Positions 27,437 through 36,976 of a stretch of 64,000 nt of DNA are shown piece after piece. Made by a program: the position numbers and the translations under genes. Where the stretch lies: the IMG/VR virus record IMGVR_UViG_3300011334_000440; one strand, written 5' to 3'. A model generated the notes under the pieces. It did no database searches. It was not told the DNA's origin and worked only from the letters and a program-made list of their open reading frames with translations. Source of the DNA: an uncultured virus (IMG/VR IMGVR_UViG_3300011334_000440) (Duplodnaviria > Heunggongvirae > Uroviricota > Caudoviricetes). How positions within the stretch are numbered: the first letter of the stretch is position 1; each line of letters begins with the position of its first letter.

Positions 27437-27598
27437 TGCATCTTTGAATCAAGGATTCAATGATTCCGTGCATCCTGTGCACCAGCTTTCATCTTCCAAT
27501 ATCCATCCCCCCTACCTATCGGGTCGTTCCCGTATGGGGAGGGGGACATCGGTGCGTATAAGGAGTATGGAAGCAACCCTAACCCAAGGAGAAAACAA

Positions 27599-28084
27599 AT
27601 GAGTAACACATACCTTCAAGACTTCGGTCTGCTACGCAAGCAGATGAACGATCGAGAGGTCAACGATCCTATGTCTGGCAGTGCTAGATGGGAGGACTTG
27701 CAGATGGACTTGAGACAACCCCATATCCCAAAGCCTCGTCGGGACAATATGCCTTCCAACCGCAAGCTCACGATTGCTGGTGTAACCATCGATATCAAGA
27801 AGCCCGATGCCAAGCTGACTGTGAGTCTGGGATTCGTCAGCGGTGGGGTTCCCAAGTATGCGTTGTCCAGTCCCAAGGCTACGACTTACCGCACTCGGTT
27901 GCAGGATAGCCGATGCCAAGTCCGTGACCCCAAGGAGACGGAGCTTTACTGCCCCTATGGTTCGGTGGCCGAGGCTATCCGTCGGTATGTCCGCAAGGCT
28001 AGGTTTGCCACCATCCCAAGCGTGGCTGACAAGTACCGCGAGAAGATCAGATTGCTATGGCCAGCACGGAGGGTCGGGCGATGA
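27599..28084 (+). CDS. Hypothetical early protein
   Basis: AAGGAG SD. Confidence 0.6.
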   Translation: MSNTYLQDFGLLRKQMNDREVNDPMSGSARWEDLQMDLRQPHIPKPRRDNMPSNRKLTIAGVTIDIKKPDAKLTVSLGFVSGGVPKYALSSPKATTYRTRLQDSRCQVRDPKETELYCPYGSVAEAIRRYVRKARFATIPSVADKYREKIRLLWPARRVGR

Positions 28085-28332
28085 ACTGCGATTACTGCAA
28101 CGACCCGATCGAAGCTGAGCGTGTGAACCTAGGCTTCTCCAAGTGCAAGGGCTGTGCGTTCCTGCACCCTGAAGCCAAGGTGCTTGGGGCGATGGTTTAC
28201 TTGGATAAGACTGGCGGGGCAATCAATGTGATGAGTCCCGAAAGCTTTGATAACTACAAACGAATTTCGCGTAGGGTCGGTCAGCGTTCGGCACTAAGGA
28301 ATGTGCTGGACAATGGCGGTCGCTCGCAATAA
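28081..28332 (+). CDS. C4 zinc-finger protein (DksA/TraR-like N-terminus)
   Basis: CDYC..PIEAER....CKGC matches the CxxC..I...R...CxxC finger. Confidence 0.55.
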   Translation: MNCDYCNDPIEAERVNLGFSKCKGCAFLHPEAKVLGAMVYLDKTGGAINVMSPESFDNYKRISRRVGQRSALRNVLDNGGRSQ

Positions 28333-28351
28333 CCAAAAGGAAAACAAAACA

Positions 28352-28477
28352 ATGCAAACTGAAATGGTAGATTGCCCCGTGTGCAAAGGCACGGGCTTGG
28401 ATTGGAACAATGTATGGCCGACTGGCATGGCCTCGCACTGCGAGGAATGCGATGGCTACGGCGAGGTAACCAAATGA
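28352..28477 (+). CDS. 41-aa DnaJ-type zinc-finger peptide (not in ORF track)
   Basis: MQTEMVDCPVCKGTG...CEECDGYGEVTK; AAAGGAAA SD. Confidence 0.6.
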   Translation: MQTEMVDCPVCKGTGLDWNNVWPTGMASHCEECDGYGEVTK

Positions 28478-28839
28478 GCGTGATACTACCAATCGATGCT
28501 TACATCCAACTCAACGGCATTGAGTACTACGGAAAGGTGGTCAAGGACGGAACCCGTAACCACCACCCTATGTCCGAGTATGTCGGCAAGCGTGTGTTTG
28601 ATGTATCCAAGATTCAGTCAGACGAGTCATGGACTCATTGGTATGTCTTCGAATCCGAGATGCCATTGCCCAACTTCTATGACTCTACGTTTGTTCACTC
28701 GCTGGACTATGCGAGCTGGATAGATGTGGACAGGGATGACTGCGACGCACCTGGACGGATGTTCAGACGCAGAGCTTACATCTCAAAGATGGGTCAGTGG
28801 AAGATGGTCATCACCCAAAGCGGAGGGCGTGACATATGA
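28474..28839 (+). CDS. Hypothetical protein
   Basis: ATGA-coupled. Confidence 0.55.
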   Translation: MSVILPIDAYIQLNGIEYYGKVVKDGTRNHHPMSEYVGKRVFDVSKIQSDESWTHWYVFESEMPLPNFYDSTFVHSLDYASWIDVDRDDCDAPGRMFRRRAYISKMGQWKMVITQSGGRDI

Positions 28840-29120
28840 GAGGTAGACCTATCGATCTTAGACACGTCGTGACCAATGCAGTTCGGGCCCACTATGGGCG
28901 AAGACTGAATGTGGTCGACTGGAAGAACAACATCAATATGGCTAACCGCCAGAGCCGAACGACCATTGCAATCAAGCGGAAGGAAGGCTTGGAGTATCAG
29001 TATGCGTTGACCGATATTCATCGGAGCATCATCAAGAAAGTTATGATGACACCCGATGAAGCTTATCAACGAAACAAGGTAACCAAGAAGCTTGGGCTTG
29101 CTTGGGTTATGTGCGGATGA
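28836..29120 (+). CDS. Hypothetical protein
   Basis: GGAGG SD, ATGA-coupled. Confidence 0.55.
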   Translation: MRGRPIDLRHVVTNAVRAHYGRRLNVVDWKNNINMANRQSRTTIAIKRKEGLEYQYALTDIHRSIIKKVMMTPDEAYQRNKVTKKLGLAWVMCG

Positions 29121-29205
29121 GTACCGAGACAATCAATCTATGGTACTGGCTGTTCGCACAGACCCCATCACCAAAGCTTCATCACGGTAATAACTAAGGA
29201 GGAAT

Positions 29206-29385
29206 ATGAAAACCAAACTATATAAGAAAATGCTGGAAATCTACTACAAGAAGGGAGCGAGCGGAGTATATCATTATGCCAATCGCCATCCCAAGCAGTT
29301 TGAGCCAACTGATAAGTGGTGCGTTCAGTGTGAGGTGCTGACTCCTCGCATCATTCGAAGAGAAGGTTGCGCCGTTTGCGGATAG
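29206..29385 (+). CDS. 59-aa CxxC...CxxC protein (not in ORF track)
   Basis: AAGGAGG SD; CVQC...CAVC. Confidence 0.55.
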   Translation: MKTKLYKKMLEIYYKKGASGVYHYANRHPKQFEPTDKWCVQCEVLTPRIIRREGCAVCG

Positions 29386-29390
29386 ACACA

Positions 29391-29437
29391 GTGCCCCCCT
29401 AACACGGGGGCACAAGTCTGGCCGCTAGGCTGGAAAC
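29391..29437 (+). promoter_or_regulatory. Double-hairpin element, copy 1
   Basis: GTGCCCCC/GGGGGCAC stem then AGTCTGGCC-GCTA-GGCTGGAAAC. Confidence 0.6.
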
Positions 29438-29471
29438 GAAAGTAACACTAACCAAGAAGGAATCAGTAAAT

Positions 29472-29705
29472 ATGAAACTGAATAACGAAGGTAAGATAGT
29501 CATTGAAGTGAAACACGGCGTGTCATCGGACGGGAGTCTGAACGGCCGTTACTATATGGCCAGCATTGAAGGCTGGACTGGTGAGGGCTTGACCGAGGAG
29601 GACGCGGTGCGCGATGTGCATCAGTCCCGTGCGGAAGCCTTGACCAAGCTGCACCACAATAACCGCGTGTTTGGAACGCGCCTAAACTTCGAGGTGGTCT
29701 CGTGA
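29472..29705 (+). CDS. Hypothetical protein (HicB-like beta-beta-alpha pattern possible)
   Basis: 'YYMASIEG..GEGLTEEDAV'. Confidence 0.5.
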   Translation: MKLNNEGKIVIEVKHGVSSDGSLNGRYYMASIEGWTGEGLTEEDAVRDVHQSRAEALTKLHHNNRVFGTRLNFEVVS

Positions 29706-29775
29706 GTTGGGCGGAGTTCTTTGAGGTGATGACGATCATCATCCAACTTGTCTGCGCGTTTCTAGTCATTCCCGC

Positions 29776-30192
29776 TTGCGTAGTAGCAGGCGTGATTCTG
29801 ATCAACCGCCTTCTCAAGATGGCGTTGGAGGAGATCAGTTGAAAGCTGGCGACAAGTTATGGGTTGATGCCCAAATGATTGAGATCTTAAAGGGTCACAA
29901 TCTTGGGCGGAAGTTCCGCCTGAACACTGGCGTGGTCGAGGTAGCTGGCGACATCTACACCGATGACACAATGCTTCCAAAGGAATTGAATGTGAAAGTC
30001 GGTGACGCCCGCTGGGTCAGCCTGCCTTTGGGTGAGCTGGAACGTCCGTGGCGTTACCCAACCTTCCGCCGTTTGCTTGCGGTTATCCGCTCGTGGACTG
30101 GTGACTGGTTGTTCCGTGCCCGCAAGCTCGAGCAGGGAATCAGTATTGAAGAAACAATTAACAATGAGGAGAACGACAATGATCAAAGTTAA
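29776..30192 (+). CDS. Hypothetical protein (start uncertain, perhaps TTG near 29839)
   Basis: GGAGGAG SD upstream of TTG. Confidence 0.45.
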   Translation: MRSSRRDSDQPPSQDGVGGDQLKAGDKLWVDAQMIEILKGHNLGRKFRLNTGVVEVAGDIYTDDTMLPKELNVKVGDARWVSLPLGELERPWRYPTFRRLLAVIRSWTGDWLFRARKLEQGISIEETINNEENDNDQS

Positions 30193-30364
30193 GCTTGGTT
30201 GGGGGTGGATGCGTTTCCACTTCTTCGCGAACAAATTCAACAATGCCATCGTGGCTAACGTGGAGTTTCGGCCTCTCGGCTTTGAACTCTATCGCGGTAG
30301 TCATTCGGTAATGATCTACTTGGAGCTTGTCATCGGTACACTGATGATCAAGTTGGCGCGATGA
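30179..30364 (+). CDS. Hypothetical protein
   Basis: GAGGAG SD. Confidence 0.45.
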   Translation: MIKVKLGWGWMRFHFFANKFNNAIVANVEFRPLGFELYRGSHSVMIYLELVIGTLMIKLAR

Positions 30365-30524
30365 AAGCTGACAAATACTTAGATACTTGTACAGAAGCAG
30401 AGTGTGAGTTTGTATACGAGAGGTTTTACGGCCAATCGACGCACGAATTGGTTGAAGATCTACTAAGTTACATTGACCACGAACCTATCAAACAATTAGT
30501 CGAAAACTATAGAAAGGAAACAAA

Positions 30525-30914
30525 ATGAGTTACCCAATCGAAGTAGTAGCCGAGAAGGGAACGCTCCAGCGCAGGCTGGGGCTAACCCCTATCGACCGAA
30601 CCTCAACGGCAGACTTCCCGAAAGGGAAGGTGACCATCAGAACAAACAGAGTTCCCACCACAGAAGAGGGCGGAGCTTATGCGTTCTATTACTCAAACCC
30701 CAAAGGTTGGAGAGCAGTGTGTCACGTCGGCCCTGTCTATGAGTACACAGCCAAAGGAAGGGTTGCCAGTGATGAAATGTATTATCACTTCAACTCTGGA
30801 GTCTTGAAGAAAAGTGAACTCGACGCATTCGTTACAACCATCAAGGCCATTGAAGCCAAAGTCGATGCCTTAATGAGAAAGGAATCCAATGGATTTCAAG
30901 AAGAAATCAGTTAG
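30525..30914 (+). CDS. Hypothetical protein
   Basis: AGAAAGGAAAC SD. Confidence 0.6.
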   Translation: MSYPIEVVAEKGTLQRRLGLTPIDRTSTADFPKGKVTIRTNRVPTTEEGGAYAFYYSNPKGWRAVCHVGPVYEYTAKGRVASDEMYYHFNSGVLKKSELDAFVTTIKAIEAKVDALMRKESNGFQEEIS

Positions 30915-31263
30915 TCAGAAGCTGACCAGAGATGAGTTCAAGCGTCTTCTTCATAAGAAGCCGACCAAAGCCCAGCTCAAGAGGCTCAAGATACTTGACT
31001 TCATCGACATCTATGCCGATGACGAGCACAAGGATAATATTCTCCTAGCCGATGGCTTGGACGAAGCTTTCCTCGGGCTTGCTCATCGGGATGGTGAACA
31101 CGGGAAGCAGGTGGCGGTGTATGCAATCTATTCCTGTATCTACACACTTCAACTCAAGAATAAGTGGAAGTGGGAAGAAGCTGAAGACTACTTTCACTTC
31201 AACACCCGCTGGGCTTATGTTGGCGAGTACACTCCGATGTTCATCGAGGAGATGATGCGATGA
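30889..31263 (+). CDS. Conserved phage hypothetical protein
   Basis: 'ADGLDEAFLG...AVY...EEA.DYF.FN...AYVGE.TP.F' recurrent phage motif. Confidence 0.7.
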   Translation: MDFKKKSVSQKLTRDEFKRLLHKKPTKAQLKRLKILDFIDIYADDEHKDNILLADGLDEAFLGLAHRDGEHGKQVAVYAIYSCIYTLQLKNKWKWEEAEDYFHFNTRWAYVGEYTPMFIEEMMR

Positions 31264-31508
31264 ATGCCAAGCTTACCCCTCAGGAAGTCAGGCAAGGCGA
31301 CACCGTGTGGTGGCGCGGAAGCTTTGGCAACGAAGGCTGGGAGAAAGCCAAGGTCAAGCGTATTGAACTTGTCCGTCCAGGCCAGAAAGAGAATGGAGTC
31401 CTTGTGCCTTGGGTGCCTACAACCATTATCGAGAACTGCGTTTTCGATTTGGACAACGGGCATTGGGCATATGGCTATCAAATCAAACCAGTGGAGGAAA
31501 CTGTATGA
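31260..31508 (+). CDS. Hypothetical SH3/KOW-like protein
   Basis: VRQGDTVWWRG...AKV..IE...GHWAYGYQI. Confidence 0.55.
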   Translation: MNAKLTPQEVRQGDTVWWRGSFGNEGWEKAKVKRIELVRPGQKENGVLVPWVPTTIIENCVFDLDNGHWAYGYQIKPVEETV

Positions 31509-31885
31509 GTACACCAAACTTTTATAACAATAGTGATTGCTTCGAAATTACTGAGAAGGATAGGTTGGAAGGTTTCGAGCATTGGCTATTGGTAGACAAA
31601 GAAAACAGAGCAATCCAGCAAGCAATGGATAAGGCTGACGGATTAATAGTCCTTCAGAGAATCCATACGCTTAAGGATGGCAGGCGTGTTCACAAGGTTG
31701 TGGATACTGGTTCCCTCGAGATTGACGGTGTTGACGGCAGAGATGCTCCAGACTTCTCCGACGCCTACTTCAGTGCTGGTCAGTTCAAAGACGGAACTAA
31801 GATGAGCGATGAAGAACTCAACGAGCTGGCTGATGAACATCCCGATCTTTTAAACGAGATGATTTATCACCACGCATCGGACTAA
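31505..31885 (+). CDS. Hypothetical protein
   Basis: 'IDGVD.RD.PDFSDAY...DG...DEEL.EL' recurrent phage motif. Confidence 0.6.
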   Translation: MSTPNFYNNSDCFEITEKDRLEGFEHWLLVDKENRAIQQAMDKADGLIVLQRIHTLKDGRRVHKVVDTGSLEIDGVDGRDAPDFSDAYFSAGQFKDGTKMSDEELNELADEHPDLLNEMIYHHASD

Positions 31886-31904
31886 ACAAAAGAAAGGAAA
31901 CAAT

Positions 31905-32207
31905 ATGAAAAAGAAAAAAGCAACGGCAACAGAAAGAGTTATGACGATCGACAGGAAAGACGGAAACCTTAACGGAGTTCCATTTATTCAGTTCCTTGTA
32001 GCGATGCAAGGGCTGGAAGCATTGAATCGTGGAATGATGTTAACTCGAACAGCTACCCCAAGTCGCTGTATGGAAATCATATCGCAAATCACTGGTCAGA
32101 GGTACAAGCGAACTGAGAGGAACAAAGCGTTATATGATGCCGAAGTAATCATGCATGCGATTCGTGAAGAGAAGAGACGGCTTGCCGAGGACGCGGCCCT
32201 CGCATGA
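31905..32207 (+). CDS. Hypothetical protein
   Basis: AGAAAGGAAAC SD. Confidence 0.6.
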   Translation: MKKKKATATERVMTIDRKDGNLNGVPFIQFLVAMQGLEALNRGMMLTRTATPSRCMEIISQITGQRYKRTERNKALYDAEVIMHAIREEKRRLAEDAALA

Positions 32208-32530
32208 GAATCGAAGTTGAGAAGGATGATGTGAAGTTCGAATACGAGGGCAAGAAGTATTCGGTAACTGGCACAGCCATCCACAACACCGAGAAGGAAG
32301 ATGTTGGAATCGGACCTTATGAGTTCTGGGGTTCGCGTGGTTATGACAGCCAAATTGTCAACCAAAGCGAGTTCTCTGAATGTGAGTTCGATAGCTTGGC
32401 AATCTATCCAGACGAGGGGATGGAAGAAGTTCCTAACCCTTCGAAAGAACTTGTTGAAGCCGCACAGGAAGCCTTGTATGACGCGACTCAAGAAATCGCG
32501 GAAGATAGGGCGGCTGAACTGGCTGACTAA
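32204..32530 (+). CDS. Hypothetical acidic protein
   Basis: 'GIGPYEFWG..GYD' motif; very acidic. Confidence 0.6.
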   Translation: MRIEVEKDDVKFEYEGKKYSVTGTAIHNTEKEDVGIGPYEFWGSRGYDSQIVNQSEFSECEFDSLAIYPDEGMEEVPNPSKELVEAAQEALYDATQEIAEDRAAELAD

Positions 32531-32544
32531 GAAAGGAGGTGTAT

Positions 32545-32736
32545 ATGGCTAAATTTGAATTACAAATCGAAAGCAATAACCAGGCGTTCGAGTTTCCAGA
32601 TCATGAAATCTCAAGGATTCTCAAAGACCTGTCTGAACAGGTCGCTGAAACTCCTTTGCATGTTTGGAGGAGACACGAATTCCTTATTCGGGATACGAAT
32701 GGGAACAGAGTAGGCACTGCAAATTGGTCTAGATGA
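32545..32736 (+). CDS. Hypothetical protein
   Basis: AGAAAGGAGG SD; 'N.AF...EI.RIL...RD.NGN.VG' recurrent phage motif. Confidence 0.65.
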   Translation: MAKFELQIESNNQAFEFPDHEISRILKDLSEQVAETPLHVWRRHEFLIRDTNGNRVGTANWSR

Positions 32737-32744
32737 CAGACCCT

Positions 32745-32789
32745 CGTGGCCTCGCAAGGGCCACGCAGTCTGGCCGATAGGCTGGAAAC
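32745..32789 (+). promoter_or_regulatory. Double-hairpin element, copy 2
   Basis: CGTGGCC/GGCCACG stem then AGTCTGGCC-GATA-GGCTGGAAAC. Confidence 0.6.
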
Positions 32790-32803
32790 AAACGAAAACC
32801 AAA

Positions 32804-33136
32804 ATGAAAGGACACAATATGGAACTAACAATACCATCAGAAGTGGTAGATGAGTTCGGTCGGGCGACCGAGTGGCTCAAGCTATCCAACGAGAAACGCA
32901 AAGAGTATCGGACTCTATTCCTAGAATCCGCGAAGCATGGAACTAAAAGCTGGGTAGGCCAGCACTTCACGGTTCAGATGGATGAGCACGATAAGGCAAG
33001 GCTCGCAAAGCCATTGCTTAAGTCTAACCTGCTCAAATACTTGACCGCAGATCAAGTTAACTACGTGCTGGAAGCTTCGACAGTAGAGTCGGAAGAATGG
33101 CACTTCACCGCTCGGAGGATTCCGACAGGTGAGTGA
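32804..33136 (+). CDS. Hypothetical protein
   Basis: Follows double-hairpin element; start may be ATG 32819. Confidence 0.55.
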   Translation: MKGHNMELTIPSEVVDEFGRATEWLKLSNEKRKEYRTLFLESAKHGTKSWVGQHFTVQMDEHDKARLAKPLLKSNLLKYLTADQVNYVLEASTVESEEWHFTARRIPTGE

Positions 33137-33338
33137 GGCTGTAAAGATTGCAAACGAGATAACAAAGTGGGATGGTTACGCTTTGTTTGACAAAGACAAT
33201 GTATTACTCAACGACCAGTTATTCACACACTACGAACGGGCGCAGAAAATTGCTGCCTGTTACGAGAATGGTGAAGCCATCATCTGGAGAGTTGAACTGA
33301 ACAGAAAGGAGAAAGTCAATGATAATCACGTCATCTAG
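33129..33338 (+). CDS. Hypothetical protein
   Basis: Overlapping start/stop couplings. Confidence 0.5.
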   Translation: MSEAVKIANEITKWDGYALFDKDNVLLNDQLFTHYERAQKIAACYENGEAIIWRVELNRKEKVNDNHVI

Positions 33339-35661
33339 AAACACGCCAGTATCAAGCGGGGTTAGCGATACCATCGATTACAAGATCGATGTGTCCAACC
33401 TCGGTCATATCGCCAGTATCCTACGCAAAGCTTACTCTGACCCGATCAGAGCGGTTGTGCGTGAGTACGGCACCAATGCCTGCGAGGGTCACATCCTTAA
33501 CGGCAAGACGGACAAACCCATCCAAGTCGTGCTTCCAACTGGCATGAAGCCAGTCTTCACGATTCGTGACTTCGGCCCTGGACTTGGCAGGGTCAAGTTC
33601 CAGGAGTTGTTCTGCTCGTATGGCGGTAGCGACAAGCGGACAAGCAACGCCTTCACGGGCTGTCTTGGCATCGGTTGCAAATCGTATGGCGCGTACACAG
33701 ACGCGGTTACGGTCACCGATTACAATGGCGTCACCGCGCACAAAGATGGGGTCAAGTACATCTGGAACTGCCATATCGACGAGAGTGAGGTGGGCAAGGC
33801 ATCGCTGTTAAGCGAGACCAAGACCAACGAACCCTCTGGTGTTGAAATCTCGATTCCAGTTCGGCCTCAAGACATTATGCGGTTTCGTAGCACTGCGATT
33901 CAAGTCTATCGTGTCTTTGATGTTCGGCCCGACATCCTGAACTTGACGGCAGAAGAGAAGAAAGAGTATGCCAGCCTTGGCCACAAGGAAGGCATCATCA
34001 AGGGCAAGAACTGGGCTTTCAATGGTGAGGGCACTAGCTGGCTCCAGATGGGTCTTGTGCTTTATCCGCTCAAGTCCGACTTCTCTGGCTCACCAGTAAT
34101 CAAGCAGTTGATTGACGCTGGAGTCTACGTGCGGGTGGAGCTTGGCGATGTCCAAGTTGCTCCCTCTCGTGAGGACTTGCAGTATTCGCAGAAGACAATT
34201 CAAGGCTTGGTCAAGAATCTTAATCCAGTCATTGACTCGATGGGTTCGACTTTGCTTGCTGACATTCAGTCTGCTCCAGATTACTTCCAAGCTCACTTGA
34301 TCTTGAGGAAGTTCACTGGTACTGGTGGATATAGTTCTTCCAGCTTCCGTGAAGGTATCGTCAAGAAGCTGAAAGGAAGGCTGAAGTGGAAGGGAATCGA
34401 TATGCATGAGGATAATCGAATTCCTTTGTGCGCATCACCACTTGCGAAAGACCAAACTGAAACCGAGTTGCTTAAGTCTCACGGTATCAGCGTCATGCGT
34501 CTAAGCAAGCGAAGCTGGGGTAAGGCTAAGTTCAATGTTGATCGTGAGGTCGACGAACTGATGGTTAGCAAAGACTCAATCGTAATGATCAACGATACTG
34601 GCACTGGTTCAGGTGAAGCTCGCGTTCGTCACTGGCTGATAAACGGCGGGCCATCTGGAGCAGATGTAACTATCATCAACTACAAAAACGGTGGCAAGGA
34701 GTTCCTTAACAAGACTCTCCCGTGGTTTGTAACGATGAAATTCCAACAGGTGTCGTCTCTGCCTATGCCCCCACCGAAACAGAAAGGTGTGGATGCAGAC
34801 GGAGTTGAGGTTGAATACGACAAGAATGTCAAGCACACCAAGGGGAATGTGTTTGGATTGCTCGGCAAGTACCAACGCCAAGAAAAACGCAGTGACTATT
34901 GGGGAATCTCCGCGTTACCCAAAGATGGTAAGAAAGTCTATGTCACGCTCGACCAATTCAAGTGGTCAATGCCTGGAAGTAAGTTTGAGATGGACGAGTA
35001 TTGGCCTCTGTATCGGGCAAGAAATTACTTGAAGTCGATTGGGTATTGCGATCAAGTCTATGGAGTGAAACAAGCTGATATCGATAAAAAGATTGATGCA
35101 ACTTGGACTAAATTACAGGATGCAATCGAGCAAGGGACGGAAGCTTTCCTCAAAGCTAACCCCGACAAGGCTCAGAAGATTGCTGATCGTTACGCTGTCT
35201 TGAGTTTCTTCCATTCCAAGCAAGCGTACACCTCAGATCGCTTGAAGAAGGAAGGTTGCTTCTTCGAGCGATCTACCCTTGATCGTTGGGTCAGCCCAAA
35301 GACTGGCGCGTTAAAAGATGTCAAATCTGACAGCCCGCTCCGAATCTTTATGGATAAGGTTATGGATATGGTTGGTGGATACGTTGAGTCAGATGAGAAA
35401 GACTTGCCAGCTTGGCTTGAAGAACCAAGAAACTCTTGGAGTCTTGGTCGAACAGATTCGGATGATAAGAACGGTGTTTATCAACGGCTCAAAGCGTCGT
35501 TGCCTAAACCTTCTTATGATCTGAAAGGTGAGGGAACTAAAATAGCTTCGAGGTACCCATTACTTTGCCACAGTAACTGGCAATCAGATGTAATGGAATA
35601 TCCAACCGAACACACTGTCGAGTATGTGCATCTTGTAGATGCAGCTCGCAAAACAAAATAA
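33319..35661 (+). CDS. rIIA: rIIA-like protein with N-terminal GHKL (Hsp90-like) ATPase
   Basis: YSDPIRAVVREYGTNA, IRDFGPGL, S.K..SN...GCLGIGCKS, T.EPSGVEI; followed by rIIB-like gene. Confidence 0.85.
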   Translation: MIITSSRNTPVSSGVSDTIDYKIDVSNLGHIASILRKAYSDPIRAVVREYGTNACEGHILNGKTDKPIQVVLPTGMKPVFTIRDFGPGLGRVKFQELFCSYGGSDKRTSNAFTGCLGIGCKSYGAYTDAVTVTDYNGVTAHKDGVKYIWNCHIDESEVGKASLLSETKTNEPSGVEISIPVRPQDIMRFRSTAIQVYRVFDVRPDILNLTAEEKKEYASLGHKEGIIKGKNWAFNGEGTSWLQMGLVLYPLKSDFSGSPVIKQLIDAGVYVRVELGDVQVAPSREDLQYSQKTIQGLVKNLNPVIDSMGSTLLADIQSAPDYFQAHLILRKFTGTGGYSSSSFREGIVKKLKGRLKWKGIDMHEDNRIPLCASPLAKDQTETELLKSHGISVMRLSKRSWGKAKFNVDREVDELMVSKDSIVMINDTGTGSGEARVRHWLINGGPSGADVTIINYKNGGKEFLNKTLPWFVTMKFQQVSSLPMPPPKQKGVDADGVEVEYDKNVKHTKGNVFGLLGKYQRQEKRSDYWGISALPKDGKKVYVTLDQFKWSMPGSKFEMDEYWPLYRARNYLKSIGYCDQVYGVKQADIDKKIDATWTKLQDAIEQGTEAFLKANPDKAQKIADRYAVLSFFHSKQAYTSDRLKKEGCFFERSTLDRWVSPKTGALKDVKSDSPLRIFMDKVMDMVGGYVESDEKDLPAWLEEPRNSWSLGRTDSDDKNGVYQRLKASLPKPSYDLKGEGTKIASRYPLLCHSNWQSDVMEYPTEHTVEYVHLVDAARKTK

Positions 35662-35683
35662 AAAACGAAAGGACACAGTAAGT

Positions 35684-36535
35684 ATGAACTACATCATAAC
35701 TGACGAAACAATAACAGCGGTCATCAACGGGAAGTCTTACACTCTCCGTCGTGACCACGCAAATGCAAAGATGGTAATTAACGCGATCGCAGAAGGTCGC
35801 GCGGAGGGTGACATCGAGGAATTGATGGACATCACCAAGGCACTCAATGCGTACCTTGGAAACTCCGTTGAAGTCAAAGACGGTTCGGTGTATCACCGCG
35901 GTGAGGTCGTTGACGAGCGTATCGCCAGACGAATCCTCGCCTTTATGGAGGAATCTCTCCCAGTAGAACCGATGACTCGGTTCTTGGAGAACCTCTACAA
36001 CAACCCGAGCCACAATAGTCGCGCTCAACTCTACCAGTTCTTGGAGCACAAGAACATGCCTCTCACTGAAGATGGCTGTTTCTTGGCTTACAAGTCAGTT
36101 GACGAAAACTATATGGACCACCACACTGGCAAGTTCTCGAACAGAGTTGGCCAAGTGTTGACCATTGCTCGACGCAGTGTGGATGATAATCCCGAGAACG
36201 GATGTTCTTACGGATTCCACGCTGGATCGCTCGAGTACGCTGGTAACTTCGGTGGCTCCGATCGTCGGGTCGTGATCGTCAAGATCAACCCCGAGGATGT
36301 GGTGTCGGTACCCAACGATTGCGAGTTCCAGAAGCTTCGCACTGCCAAGTACGAAGTTGTCGCGGACTACACGGGCCCGCTACCCAAGACATACGCTGAG
36401 TCGTATGACTCCACAGAAGATGACATCTATGAAGAGGACGATGTCGAAACCGATGAAGCTGACAGCGATGACAGCCTTGTTACGGCAATCCGTACCGCGG
36501 CTCGTCAGTTGCTCGACGCAGTAGCGAATCGCTAA
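35684..36535 (+). CDS. rIIB: rIIB-like protein
   Basis: FL.NL..NPS....QLY.FL, TEDGCFLAYK.V, CS.GFH, VKINPEDVVSVP.D....K.R...YEV. Confidence 0.85.
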   Translation: MNYIITDETITAVINGKSYTLRRDHANAKMVINAIAEGRAEGDIEELMDITKALNAYLGNSVEVKDGSVYHRGEVVDERIARRILAFMEESLPVEPMTRFLENLYNNPSHNSRAQLYQFLEHKNMPLTEDGCFLAYKSVDENYMDHHTGKFSNRVGQVLTIARRSVDDNPENGCSYGFHAGSLEYAGNFGGSDRRVVIVKINPEDVVSVPNDCEFQKLRTAKYEVVADYTGPLPKTYAESYDSTEDDIYEEDDVETDEADSDDSLVTAIRTAARQLLDAVANR

Positions 36536-36541
36536 CCGTTC

Positions 36542-36570
36542 GGGGCGGGTGGGCAAATCCCATCCGCCCC
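36542..36570 (+). terminator. GC-rich hairpin after rIIB (no clear T-tract)
   Basis: GGGGCGGGTGGG/CCCATCCGCCCC inverted repeat. Confidence 0.5.
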
Positions 36571-36585
36571 ACTTGAAAGGAAATT

Positions 36586-36825
36586 ATGATCTACACAGTA
36601 AGTCAACTAAAAAAGAAGTTATCTCTCTTCGAACCTTCCGATGTCCTTTACGTTATGTTTTGGGCTAAAGATGAGTTTGAGGATAACTTCGAGGACCAAA
36701 AAATAACCAACAGAATGTGGTATCAAGCCTTGGAAAACCTTGATTCCGAAAACGAAGACCAATACATAAAAGAAAGTATTGAGACAGAAATCCAAAACCT
36801 AATTGATGAGAAGGAGACTGTATGA
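36586..36825 (+). CDS. Hypothetical acidic protein
   Basis: GAAAGGAAA SD. Confidence 0.55.
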   Translation: MIYTVSQLKKKLSLFEPSDVLYVMFWAKDEFEDNFEDQKITNRMWYQALENLDSENEDQYIKESIETEIQNLIDEKETV

Positions 36826-36976
36826 AAATTAAATATATGACAAAAGAAAACCTAATTAAGAAACTTGAAGACTTGAGGACGTCTTATCCGAAAACGGATG
36901 AGCGACCTGCGAAAGGCGACGAATCCGCTAGCCTATACGCAAGACACATTGTGGAAGAACTAGCGAGGAGATCATA

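Noticed and set aside
26925..27602. 225-aa plus-strand ORF
   Set aside because: Antisense shadow of the TerS-like gene; follows a terminator, no SD, no recognisable motifs
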